In this document: positions 9,303 to 17,920 of the stretch, in pieces
How positions within the stretch are numbered: position 1 is the first letter of the stretch
Layout of the letters: each line of letters begins with the position of its first letter
Virus genome (UHGV): UHGV-0342645
Direction: 5' to 3' (one strand)
Length of the DNA: 59,919 nucleotides
DNA from: a virus
Notes under the pieces: generated by a model
The model's database searches: none
The model's input: only the letters and a program-made list of their open reading frames with translations
Told to the model about the DNA's origin: nothing
Made by a program: the position numbers and the translations under genes

Positions 9303-9670
9303 TCTTCTTGCTCCTCTACATATTTAGTGACACATTTTTGAAAATTAAGAACGATATTTTTCTCTTTTACGGAGTGAAATTTAACACGTTCCGGGCAGAT
9401 AATCCAGCCTTCAAAACGTTGAGTAGCGTCATTCCATGCAGCACGACCATAATAGCCGCGATATGGACCTAATCGCATTGCATTTACCTCTGTAACCACA
9501 TTGCTGGAGGTGCTGGGTGTAGCGCTTACACTGGAGTCGCACATAATACCTCCTTGATGCTCTAAAAACAGGTGTGAATTGATAGAAATTGCTTGCATCC
9601 GCTTAAAGATGGTAGCTATGGAGCAGCTACAAGACGAATTATACGTTGACGACTCAGAATTTACTACCAA
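9287..9670 (-). CDS. hypothetical protein
   Basis: 127-aa ORF overlapping neighbours by a few codons. Confidence 0.35.
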   Translation of the reverse strand: MVVNSESSTYNSSCSCSIATIFKRMQAISINSHLFLEHQGGIMCDSSVSATPSTSSNVVTEVNAMRLGPYRGYYGRAAWNDATQRFEGWIICPERVKFHSVKEKNIVLNFQKCVTKYVEEQEECLIN

Positions 9671-9878
9671 AATCCATATATTTGACGGTTATAGTGAATA
9701 TGCCATGTTTAATATTGTCCGTGAGATACAAATTACTATCCAATTCCTCTTTAGTGTACAGATAAGCATTACTTACTTCATCTGTAAGTCCTTGCATCGG
9801 AGCAAGCAGCCACCAACCCCTCCAGTCAAACATAGGCGATTTATCAGACACTCTTAATATATAACGTTTATTATTCAA
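9654..9878 (-). CDS. hypothetical protein
   Basis: 74-aa ORF; track start is a TTG, true start uncertain. Confidence 0.3.
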   Translation of the reverse strand: MNNKRYILRVSDKSPMFDWRGWWLLAPMQGLTDEVSNAYLYTKEELDSNLYLTDNIKHGIFTITVKYMDFGSKF

Positions 9879-9898
9879 ACCAATACCTTGTCACCAGA

Positions 9899-9994
9899 CT
9901 AATTTCGCATTGCTAGTACAACAATTAGCACCATTAACATTGCTCCAGCTACCATACCGAGCACAAATACACTAGCTAATCCGATTAAACTCAT
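9899..9994 (-). CDS. small hydrophobic peptide (31 aa)
   Basis: GGAGAT RBS 6 nt before ATG; MSLIGLASVFVLGMVAGAMLMVLIVVLAMRN is a single TM helix; below the ORF-track size cutoff. Confidence 0.3.
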   Translation of the reverse strand: MSLIGLASVFVLGMVAGAMLMVLIVVLAMRN

Positions 9995-10199
9995 TTCAAT
10001 ATCTCCGATCAGTTTTATATCATCCATATTTTAACACTAAACCCAGTATATAGAAAGCGTGAAATACTCAAGGGTCCGTTTTTAAGGTAGGTGGGGTCAT
10101 GGATGTAGGTGGATAGTAAAGTGATGGGTGAGATTTAGACAAGGACTTACTATCAGGATGGACAGGGCACGCCCCAGCGCTCCAAGTACCTGGAAAAGG

Positions 10200-10320
10200 A
10201 TGGGTCGGGTTGCGCGGCTGGGCCTGCGTGGGTCGGTGTGCGCTGTGCGAGCTGTGCGCCACGCTGTGCGCCTGTTTCACCCGAGCTAATGCATTACCAT
10301 TGCCTATATGCATTAGCTCG
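10200..10320. repeat. GC-rich GCTGTGCG direct repeats followed by a 13-bp perfect palindrome
   Basis: gtgtgcgctgtgcgagctgtgcgccacgctgtgcg then CGAGCTAATGCAT-N13-ATGCATTAGCTCG (10282..10320) in a non-coding stretch. Confidence 0.6.
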
Positions 10321-10340
10321 CTAGCGTGGCGCTGTGTGTG

Positions 10341-10499
10341 TTATAGCGCCGCTCCTCCTTTGCGGGCTTTACGTGCTGCATAACGCTGTTCCCTTACTTC
10401 GTTGTATTGGCGATCCCATTTAGCATCCATTACTTCGGTTACGATCAGTGCTACCAGTGGACTTACTACTGCGATAACCATCATAATTAAAATTAACAT
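10341..10499 (-). CDS. small membrane protein (52 aa)
   Basis: GGAG RBS; MLILIMMVIAVVSPLVALIVTEV hydrophobic N-terminus and basic C-terminus; not in ORF track (<60 aa). Confidence 0.35.
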   Translation of the reverse strand: MLILIMMVIAVVSPLVALIVTEVMDAKWDRQYNEVREQRYAARKARKGGAAL

Positions 10500-10548
10500 T
10501 TTGTTTACTCCGTTATTTGGTTGATGTATGTAGTATCCACCAGACCGA

Positions 10549-10731
10549 TCACGATGTCCAGATGTTTTGGTCGATTAATTTTGCATAGAAGTCGCGCCCT
10601 GTCTGCATGGCTTGGGACCAGTTGGTTTCTTCCCATTCCATGCGCATAACCTGCAATAATAACGCGTGTTGTGCGCGGGTAAGTTTGTTTTTACTGGACA
10701 TAATATACCTCTGCATAGTTAAGTTAGCCAT
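10549..10731 (-). CDS. hypothetical small protein
   Basis: 60-aa ORF (or 50 aa from internal ATG with GAGG RBS); first gene downstream of the candidate leftward promoter. Confidence 0.35.
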   Translation of the reverse strand: MANLTMQRYIMSSKNKLTRAQHALLLQVMRMEWEETNWSQAMQTGRDFYAKLIDQNIWTS

Positions 10732-10782
10732 TTTGTGTACCCCTTTAAGTTAAGTTTTACTGTATTACCTTGCTATGTGTAT

Positions 10783-10811
10783 ATAGTAATGCTAGACCTA
10801 AAACTTGCCAA
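10783..10811 (-). promoter_or_regulatory. candidate sigma70-type promoter for the leftward early operon
   Basis: Minus strand TTGGCA-17 nt-TACTAT followed by an AT-rich leader to the ORF at 10731. Confidence 0.35.
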
Positions 10812-10948
10812 GTGTTTTTGCACTTTTTATAAAAATATTTTGGCACCTTTTATGCCTGCGTGTGCGTGCCCGCGCGTATAGTGCAATTCGTGTGATGTTA
10901 GTTAGGCCGTTTGTGCTAAACATGCAGGGCAAGCATAATTTTCACTAG

Positions 10949-11206
10949 ATGCAAAACAATATCAAAATAGCACTTTTGGCCTATTCAATATCACGATGCA
11001 AGGCTATTATTACTTCAACAAAGCAATACTGCTTAACCACATTAGGTAGCATCATGGAATTCAAATTAGTGGGACTCGAGTCCGGTAAAATAGCTGGTTA
11101 TGTATCTGCTCCAAGCTGGGAAGAGGCCGAAATCTTCTTAATGGGTCAGTTCGATATGTACATTAGCGAAATTTACAAAGAATACGATTTAGTCCAAATT
11201 AAGTGA
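10949..11206 (+). CDS. hypothetical protein
   Basis: 85-aa ORF; start uncertain (internal MEFKLVGLE possible). Confidence 0.25.
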   Translation: MQNNIKIALLAYSISRCKAIITSTKQYCLTTLGSIMEFKLVGLESGKIAGYVSAPSWEEAEIFLMGQFDMYISEIYKEYDLVQIK

Positions 11207-11274
11207 TTTATATCTTGCCTAGTTGATACGACTGGGCAATAATAAGTCAACTTAAACAAAACGAGGATTACATC

Positions 11275-11523
11275 ATGGCTACTTCTATCGTCACCAAATT
11301 TTTGGCACCAACTAACACCAAAGGCGCACGCATTGCAGTTAAAGGTTTTGGCAAGCGCAAAGTCTATAGCTGGGACTATGCACTCGACGTAACGCTTAAC
11401 CATAAAGCAGCGGTACAGCAGTTCCTCAAAGCGTTTAACGCCGAAAACGACACCGACTATGGCATCGTTGCTTTCGCAAGCATGGATATCGCAACCGCCG
11501 ATTTCGTAGCAATCGTGCAGTAA
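11275..11523 (+). CDS. hypothetical protein
   Basis: 82-aa ORF with GAGGA-like RBS. Confidence 0.4.
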   Translation: MATSIVTKFLAPTNTKGARIAVKGFGKRKVYSWDYALDVTLNHKAAVQQFLKAFNAENDTDYGIVAFASMDIATADFVAIVQ

Positions 11524-11596
11524 GTTTTCTTATACACTGCTCATCATTACGGTGGGCAGTAATAAGCAAACTAACATTAACGAAAGGAGATATACC

Positions 11597-12169
11597 ATGT
11601 CTAAAGTAACTCACCGCGAACAGGACAAAATGCGCTACACCATGAAAACGAATGCACGCCGCGCCCTTAAGACCCGTTGGGGCCAGGTTGCACGCGATGC
11701 ACACGAACAGTTAATCCATCAGGACGATATCGGTTTTTACATCGTCGAAAAGGAAGTCCTTCAGGTTCTGCGCGACCATGAAAAAGCTCAAAAGCCGGAG
11801 CAGAAAGTCCCAGCACCGACCGCCGCGCCAGCTGCCCGCGTCTCGGTACTGCGCCCGATGGTAAATCCGGAAATCGTCAAAAGCTGCCTCGAAGCTCTGG
11901 AGCAGGAGGAAGAGAAAGATATGAAACACGCAAAAGCTGCCGCACCAAAACAGGATGCAAAAGCTGCTCGCTGTGATTTCAAAAATGGCGCTCGCAAGCC
12001 GCTCAAAGGAAAAACTGCCGAAGTGTGGGCAATGGGTGACAAACTTCTGAAGGAACTGGGCCGCACGCCGGAGCTGAAAGAAATGAAAGCTGCAATGCCT
12101 TCTTACAACGGGACAACTGTTGCCATTCAGTTCTACGCCTGGCGCAAATATAACGACCTGGACGCATAA
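11597..12169 (+). CDS. hypothetical protein
   Basis: Internal ATG (MSKVTHREQ) preceded by AAGGAG RBS; 190 aa, basic, Ala/Lys-rich centre. Confidence 0.45.
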   Translation: MSKVTHREQDKMRYTMKTNARRALKTRWGQVARDAHEQLIHQDDIGFYIVEKEVLQVLRDHEKAQKPEQKVPAPTAAPAARVSVLRPMVNPEIVKSCLEALEQEEEKDMKHAKAAAPKQDAKAARCDFKNGARKPLKGKTAEVWAMGDKLLKELGRTPELKEMKAAMPSYNGTTVAIQFYAWRKYNDLDA

Positions 12170-12209
12170 TCTATAACCACACTGTTCACTGACGGCTTCT
12201 GCGGGAGCC

Positions 12210-12545
12210 CTATTTAAGATAAAGATTTTCAATCATATCGTTTTTCGGGTCGTTAATATACTTCCCGAAGACAGCTTTCTTACCCTGCGGCCCGTGGAAC
12301 ATTTCGTACACAATACGGGTCCGTAACACTTTACGGTTTTCCCCGCCACAAATTGGAGCAAGACTAATCCTAGCTTGCAGATGAGCAGCGCATATATCCT
12401 TAGCTTCGTCACCTTTAGTTATGCCATATTTTTTAAAAGACTTCTTCCAGAATAAATCCCCGTCGCGGTATTCAAAATATTTATTCCAATTAGGTTCCTT
12501 CTTCCACCAGTGCTTTTCATAATCCCATTCAAGGCTCATAGTCAC
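12210..12545 (-). CDS. HNH/NUMOD-like homing-endonuclease relic (degenerate)
   Basis: C-terminal RTRIVYEMFHGPQGKKAVFGKYINDPKNDMIENLYL follows the HNH_3 pattern (HRLV..F.GNP...VNHIDGNK.NN..NL) but lacks the catalytic His; opposite strand to flanking genes. Confidence 0.3.
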   Translation of the reverse strand: MTMSLEWDYEKHWWKKEPNWNKYFEYRDGDLFWKKSFKKYGITKGDEAKDICAAHLQARISLAPICGGENRKVLRTRIVYEMFHGPQGKKAVFGKYINDPKNDMIENLYLK

Positions 12546-12754
12546 TCCTCTTGATGATTTAATTTGCGCGCGCTACGTAAGACAGCCTCCTTAGACTTGT
12601 TATCGCGGCTGCGGCTACCCGTGTTACCGGACCGCTGCAATAACTCCTCTCTGCCTTAACGCAGATTATAGCTTGATATACCTTCCGATCACAATAGTTC
12701 AATAAATTTGCCTCAAAAGCACTTGACTTCTCGTTTTTGATCTGCATCCGTTCA

Positions 12755-13230
12755 GGTTTATGAAAGTTTATAGAGTTTATATTGTGAAGTATAAACAATC
12801 ACATAATACCAATAGGTACTATATACATTAATAATAAATCCTTATTTTATATATATTTATAGTTATTATTAATATTAGTTTAATTTGGTTTATTTTAGTT
12901 AGTTGACTGAAAGTTTATAAGTTTATAGGGGTATACTCCCAACTTTTTTCAGATAATTAATAGTATAGTAGTGATAGTGGTTTTTGCACGTTTTCACTAC
13001 TACTACTAATTATTTGTTTGAAAAGGGGGTAATAAGGGGAAACCGTAAACTTATAAACTTTGCTCTGTGTAAAAATAAAAAATTAGTGAATAGTGAGATA
13101 GTGGTTCATAGTGGCAAACTTTTACAAAGCGAGTAACGACGCACTATACACATTTTGCCCACTATGTACGCCACTAAGCACTATATTAAAACAATCCTTG
13201 CAAATAGCTAATGTCTGTTTTATAGTGGCT
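12755..13230. repeat. AT-rich iteron-like repeat region (GTTTATA and ATAGTG/CACTAT motifs)
   Basis: GTTTATA copies at ~12756, 12766, 12775, tandem AGTTTATAAGTTTATA at 12912-12927, inverted copy at 13047-13059; at least 8 ATAGTGG/CACTAT-type motifs between 12960 and 13230; no credible ORF. Confidence 0.6.
13198..13226 (+). promoter_or_regulatory. sigma70-type promoter for the rightward operon
   Basis: TTGCAA-17 nt-TATAGT, about 28 nt upstream of AGGAGG RBS and the ATG at 13254. Confidence 0.55.
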
Positions 13231-13253
13231 TCACCAGTTGACTAGGAGGATTT

Positions 13254-13982
13254 ATGAGCGAAGAAACTATTACGTCTAAAACTGTGGTTAAAGATTTGTG
13301 CTATGTTGCATGGGTTGCTCAAGCTTGCTCGCAGTTGCGCGGTGCACCAACCAAATCACAGGCGCTTGCTATGGTGGAGAATTACTTCAACGATGATTTG
13401 GAACAGCCAGTTAAAAAATCTGTAAGACCGAAAGCGGGAAAGCTGGATGCAGAACGGGCGACTTTTCTTGCATGGGTTAGCGATAAGCTGGGCCATGAAC
13501 TGGATGCCAAAGAGCTTCGCAGCTATACGGGCAAATTCAATTACCACACGGGCAAGGGTAACGACCCATATGAAGAAGCATTTAAGGTGAAAGAAGATAA
13601 GGGTAAGGTAGGGCGCAAGGAAAACGTCGAGCTTAAAGCATGGATAGAGCGCCAAGCTTTGCTCAAAGGGGATTCTCTGACAGATAAGGAAGCGGATAAA
13701 TTGACACATCGTTGGTACAGGATGCGCCGGAGCGGCGATATCCAGGACTGGGATAATCGCGGTCGCTGGCCTACCTGTTCCCTGCACCATTACGAAACCG
13801 CTACCGCTATCCGTGTCAAGCTTGGCGCTCATTGGGTAGACCTTGCAATATACAAGGATGCTGAGCAGGCTAAAAATATTCTTCCGAACATTGATAATTG
13901 GCTTATTAGCTTAAGACAGGGAAGGGAACCACAGGACGTTATGTTAGAAGTTGGTAACCATATTATCACAACTCCGCACTAA
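13254..13982 (+). CDS. hypothetical protein
   Basis: 242-aa ORF with AGGAGG RBS; first gene of the rightward arm. Confidence 0.55.
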   Translation: MSEETITSKTVVKDLCYVAWVAQACSQLRGAPTKSQALAMVENYFNDDLEQPVKKSVRPKAGKLDAERATFLAWVSDKLGHELDAKELRSYTGKFNYHTGKGNDPYEEAFKVKEDKGKVGRKENVELKAWIERQALLKGDSLTDKEADKLTHRWYRMRRSGDIQDWDNRGRWPTCSLHHYETATAIRVKLGAHWVDLAIYKDAEQAKNILPNIDNWLISLRQGREPQDVMLEVGNHIITTPH

Positions 13983-14047
13983 TGCAAAAATAGTTGCAAA
14001 GTAAGGCGTTACTGTGTATTGTGTGGACGGTTGTAACGGAGGGTATT

Positions 14048-14251
14048 ATGGATCACGAATCGGAATTTGATTTGAACTACATAACGGCGGCGGAAATCGA
14101 AGACCGTTATGGCATATCTAAGTTTAAGATGTCGCGCATACGTGATAGCATCCCGGGCGCTATCAGAATTGCTAACCAGTACATCTACAAACGTTCCTTA
14201 GCGGTGCCCGCCCTGGAAAAGATGCAAGGCGATAAGCGTCGGAGGTCATGA
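14048..14251 (+). CDS. small putative DNA-binding protein
   Basis: Internal ATG with GGAGGG RBS; ITAAEIEDRYGISKFKMSRIR is only loosely helix-turn-helix-like, so the DNA-binding call is tentative. Confidence 0.35.
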   Translation: MDHESEFDLNYITAAEIEDRYGISKFKMSRIRDSIPGAIRIANQYIYKRSLAVPALEKMQGDKRRRS

Positions 14252-14463
14252 TGGTACTTAGTGAAGTTGGACAAAATAAGCTTCGGGAGCAGGGTTGGTT
14301 TATTGGGCATTACATGCATTACCGCACAGCTTATATTATGGTTGCTGGGACTATTGTTTACCTTGGACATTATGAGAGCTATCTGGATGCAGAGAAAGTC
14401 ATCAACAAGACTAAGGAGCACTTATTAGTCGCCATCGGTTGCGCAATGGTTAGTTCTCAGTAA
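14248..14463 (+). CDS. hypothetical protein
   Basis: 71-aa ORF overlapping upstream stop (ATGA). Confidence 0.35.
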   Translation: MMVLSEVGQNKLREQGWFIGHYMHYRTAYIMVAGTIVYLGHYESYLDAEKVINKTKEHLLVAIGCAMVSSQ

Positions 14464-14474
14464 AAGGATAAATC

Positions 14475-16817
14475 ATGGAACTGTTTCCCGCTGAAATTAA
14501 AGCTTTCCCACAATGGGCGGTCGCTGATGCGGATAAAAAGCCGCTTGTATGGGACAACGATATCGGACGTTTGATGGCGGCGGACGTTACCGATCCGGAT
14601 ATGCTAATGACGTTTGAAGCTGCCAAAGGTTGCGCTGCTCATTTCAATAAACCTTATATTGGCTTCGTGCTTACTGCGCAAGACCCGTTCACCTGCATCG
14701 ACCTGGATGTAAAGAACGCAACCAATGAACCTGATCCCAAGAAGCACACGACGCCGGAACAGTTGCGCCGCTTCGAACAGATTATGACCGCGTTCGATAC
14801 TTACACCGAAGTAAGTCGCTCAGGATTGGGCGTCCACCTGTGGTTAAGAGGTAACATCGGTAAAGGTCGTCGGCGTGATGGTGTCGAGGTTTATAGTCAG
14901 GAGCGTTTTATTATCTGCACGGGTAATCCTGTCTATAACAAACCAGTTGCAGAACGTGATCATTATCTTACTATGCTTGTGAATGAAATTGATCTTCAGC
15001 GCAAGACATATGAAATTGAACTGGTAGAAAAAGATCCGGTAGAAGACGACGCAACTATTCACCAGCGTGCGCTTGAAGCAGACAACGGCGATAAGTATGC
15101 ACGCCTCTTCAATGGTGAATGGGTTGAAATGGGATTCCCTTCCCAGTCTGAAGCAGATCTTGCCCTTATTTCCATGTATGCATTCTACACAGAAAGTAAT
15201 GAGCAATGTCGTCGTCTCTTCCGTTACAGTGCACTGGGCAAACGTGAGAAGGCTAATAAGAACAATGTTCATATTGACCGTTGTTTACGCATGTGTCGTG
15301 GTCGCATGGAACGTGAGCGCATTGCTCAGGAAAACGTAGCGGCGCTGGCGCGGGATTACGCTGCCCGTATGCAAGCCGCACACAGTGCAATGCAGCAGGT
15401 AACAGAAATGCCTGTAACCGTCGAAACAACACAGGGGCAGACAGTAGTTGCAGAAAGCACATCCGTTGATGCAACAGCTATTGAATGGCCGCCGGGGCTT
15501 GCTGGTGAGCTTGCTAAATATATATACAAAGCATCCGTCAGACCAGTGAAAGAAATCTCTATTGTTACCTCGCTCGGATTTATGGCTGGGGTATGCGGGA
15601 AAGTATGGCAGATCCCGCAATCCGGTCTTAATGGATATTTTGTCTTAATTGCTCGTTCTGGTGTTGGTAAAGAGACGTTGAACAGTGGGCTGTCTAATAT
15701 AGTTAGCCAGATTCAGGACCAGTTTCCGCAGATTCATAGCTTTGTATCTTTTGATAGATGCGCTTCTGGATCTGCACTGCGTAAATCTTTTGCAGACAAA
15801 CAATCTTTTATCAACCTGAATGGTGAGTTCGGTAAGATTATCAAAGCAATGGCAACGGCTCCAGCAGGCTCGCCGATGCAAAGTTTCAAGAATGACCTTA
15901 CCGATGTTTATCAAAAGTCCGGTCAGATGTCTATCGTTGGTGGTATGTCTTATTCTGATAAGGCTAATAATACTGAAGCTCAACAAGGTGTGGCATATAG
16001 CATCATGGGCGAAACGACACCGGATACGTTCTTTGAAGCATTAACCCGTGAAATGATGGAGGATGGATTCTTATCCCGTTTCCATGTTGTACGCTATGAA
16101 GGTGATCGACCGCCTTTAAACAAAAATCAGCAGACTACAATGGATCAGCATTTGAAGGACATGGTGTGCCATCTTGTTAACCACACTTTAGTAACAATGG
16201 CAAAGCATCAGAGTATTGAAGTACAGTTTAGCCCGGATGCGGAAGCATTATGCGATCAGTTTAACGATGAATGTGATCGCAATATTAACGCAACCAAAGA
16301 CGAAGCAATCCGTCAGCCGTGGAACCGTGCTCACCTGAAGGTCTTGCGACTTTCTGCCTTGTTAGCCGTGGGTGAGAACTGGATCAATCCGGTGGTACAA
16401 ACCTATCATGTGCAATGGGCTTTGGACTTCGTGCGTCATGGGCAGGATATTATTATGAAGGAATGGCATAGCGGAGGCATTGGGACTAATGATGAAGCTC
16501 GTATCCGTACTATGTGTCAGGTCTGTGTGAATTATCTAACTAAAGACTGGGTGAAAGTTAAACGTGTAGATTTGCGCAAAGAAGGTATTATCACGCGAGG
16601 GGATATTACTACGCGTCTTGCAAGTAAGTCCGCGTTTAAAAACTATCATCACGGATTATCCGCTGCAATCGAGTCTACAATCAAGGAGATGGTTGCTATG
16701 GGTGCACTTGTTCCGGTAACACGGGAGGAGACTATTAAACTGGGATTTACTGGGGTAGCTTGGCGCATTACGCAAGATGTTGAAGGAATTATGGCAAACT
16801 TAGGTGAAGAGGAATAA
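14475..16817 (+). CDS. bifunctional primase-polymerase (AEP/Prim-Pol) with C-terminal NTPase-like domain
   Basis: Prim-Pol motifs CIDLDV (DxD), SRSGLGVHLW (sGxGxH) and VEVYSQERFIICTGN; C-terminal P-loop-like ARSGVGKET is non-canonical. Confidence 0.55.
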   Translation: MELFPAEIKAFPQWAVADADKKPLVWDNDIGRLMAADVTDPDMLMTFEAAKGCAAHFNKPYIGFVLTAQDPFTCIDLDVKNATNEPDPKKHTTPEQLRRFEQIMTAFDTYTEVSRSGLGVHLWLRGNIGKGRRRDGVEVYSQERFIICTGNPVYNKPVAERDHYLTMLVNEIDLQRKTYEIELVEKDPVEDDATIHQRALEADNGDKYARLFNGEWVEMGFPSQSEADLALISMYAFYTESNEQCRRLFRYSALGKREKANKNNVHIDRCLRMCRGRMERERIAQENVAALARDYAARMQAAHSAMQQVTEMPVTVETTQGQTVVAESTSVDATAIEWPPGLAGELAKYIYKASVRPVKEISIVTSLGFMAGVCGKVWQIPQSGLNGYFVLIARSGVGKETLNSGLSNIVSQIQDQFPQIHSFVSFDRCASGSALRKSFADKQSFINLNGEFGKIIKAMATAPAGSPMQSFKNDLTDVYQKSGQMSIVGGMSYSDKANNTEAQQGVAYSIMGETTPDTFFEALTREMMEDGFLSRFHVVRYEGDRPPLNKNQQTTMDQHLKDMVCHLVNHTLVTMAKHQSIEVQFSPDAEALCDQFNDECDRNINATKDEAIRQPWNRAHLKVLRLSALLAVGENWINPVVQTYHVQWALDFVRHGQDIIMKEWHSGGIGTNDEARIRTMCQVCVNYLTKDWVKVKRVDLRKEGIITRGDITTRLASKSAFKNYHHGLSAAIESTIKEMVAMGALVPVTREETIKLGFTGVAWRITQDVEGIMANLGEEE

Positions 16818-16818
16818 A

Positions 16819-16841
16819 TAAAGGGCCTTCCGGCCCTTTAT
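16819..16841. terminator. bidirectional rho-independent terminator
   Basis: AAGGGCC-TTCC-GGCCCTT flanked by A-run and T-run, between convergent genes ending at 16817 (+) and 16838 (-). Confidence 0.6.
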
Positions 16842-17068
16842 TGGTAGTTAAGATAGTAATCATGGATGTCGTACCTTGCCATAATTTCGGATGCTTCCGC
16901 CGCACTTTCCGCTTCTTCATAAGCTTGCTCAGCGTCGTCATAAGTACCGTAATACATCCAACCTTCACCCATTGGACGGATATATGCTTCAAATTTGCCA
17001 GTACGCGGGTGACGTACAACTTTATAATCTGCGCCCATTGTGCTATATACTTTATTCAGCATGACCAT
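16838..17068 (-). CDS. hypothetical acidic protein
   Basis: 76-aa ORF with GGAGGA RBS; lone minus-strand gene inside the plus arm. Confidence 0.45.
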   Translation of the reverse strand: MVMLNKVYSTMGADYKVVRHPRTGKFEAYIRPMGEGWMYYGTYDDAEQAYEEAESAAEASEIMARYDIHDYYLNYQ

Positions 17069-17171
17069 TTTGTAATCCTCCGTTTTGCTTATGAGTTAAT
17101 AGTACAGTTAGACTGATCAGATGTAAAGGCAAATCGTGCTATTTTATAGATGCATTTCAAGTCTAAAGTTG

Positions 17172-17199
17172 TTGCATACATCTCAAGTCCTGCTATACT
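17172..17199 (+). promoter_or_regulatory. sigma70-type promoter
   Basis: TTGCAT-16 nt-TATACT upstream of a GGAGGG RBS. Confidence 0.5.
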
Positions 17200-17226
17200 T
17201 ACAGCATAAAGTTAACGGAGGGAACA

Positions 17227-17301
17227 ATGTTCGAGCTTTTAAAATTATTTGCGGGTGCTATTTTCGTAGCTGGTTATTTCTGGTTTATGTATATATTATG
17301 A
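17227..17301 (+). CDS. small hydrophobic peptide (24 aa)
   Basis: GGAGGG RBS 5 nt before ATG; MFELLKLFAGAIFVAGYFWFMYIL; stop overlaps the RBS of the next gene. Confidence 0.3.
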   Translation: MFELLKLFAGAIFVAGYFWFMYIL

Positions 17302-17309
17302 GGTGTGAA

Positions 17310-17618
17310 ATGAAAAAGTTAACAACCGTATTAATGTTTACGACTGCTTTTATGTTTTCTGCTAGCTGCATTAGCGCAACTAAGGATTGCCAAAAAGCGG
17401 TCACTGAGTTTCAGTCAAAGTTGCAACTTAAACGAACTGAATTGCAGACTAGCAACGACATTGCATTTTGTACAACTATTCAGCGTAAAGCTCAGCACGC
17501 AACAGTTGATGAAATTATGGAACCATTGAAAAACTTTAAAAACCCGGAACGTAAGTACTATGTGTCTATTGCCACTTATGCTTTCGTAACACGGTCTTTA
17601 GCGGAGGATTTAAAATGA
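17310..17618 (+). CDS. secreted or periplasmic small protein
   Basis: MKKLTTVLMFTTAFMFSASCISA looks like a signal peptide; GAGGTG RBS; 102 aa. Confidence 0.45.
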   Translation: MKKLTTVLMFTTAFMFSASCISATKDCQKAVTEFQSKLQLKRTELQTSNDIAFCTTIQRKAQHATVDEIMEPLKNFKNPERKYYVSIATYAFVTRSLAEDLK

Positions 17619-17920
17619 GCATTGTAAATACTATCTGCGAAGCAATCTATGCAGAGCTTATCCGTGAAAACGTAAATAATGAGGACAATAACCAAATCCA
17701 AAAGATTTTGGTTGATCATAAAACTTATGCAGAGATTCGTCACGACAATGCTTTTCCTCATTGGTGTCATATTTATTATCCGCGTCGTGAGGATGAATCT
17801 ATTGTACTTACAATCATGGGCTATGCTATTGTTCCAACTTATGAAGTACAAGGTTTTGAAATACTTCTAAGAGGTGGTACTTTAGCACCAAAAGCGGCAA
17901 AGGGAACCGCGCAAAATTGA
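17615..17920 (+). CDS. hypothetical protein
   Basis: 101-aa ORF overlapping upstream stop (ATGA). Confidence 0.4.
   Translation: MSIVNTICEAIYAELIRENVNNEDNNQIQKILVDHKTYAEIRHDNAFPHWCHIYYPRREDESIVLTIMGYAIVPTYEVQGFEILLRGGTLAPKAAKGTAQN

Noticed and set aside
10068-10313. 81-aa minus-strand ORF spanning the GC-rich repeat and palindrome region
   Set aside because: Pro/His/Ser-rich translation of a repeat-containing non-coding block, no RBS; the region is better explained as a structured DNA/RNA element
15613-15630. C-terminal domain of the primase-polymerase called as an SF3 helicase
   Set aside because: The only P-loop-like segment (ARSGVGKET) has Glu where Walker A requires Ser/Thr, so the helicase assignment is left open and only NTPase-like is stated
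17136-17618. Track ORF of 160 aa taken as one gene
   Set aside because: Its 5' part covers a near-consensus promoter and the separate 24-aa peptide ORF; the real gene most likely starts at the ATG at 17310 (signal-peptide protein, GAGGTG RBS)
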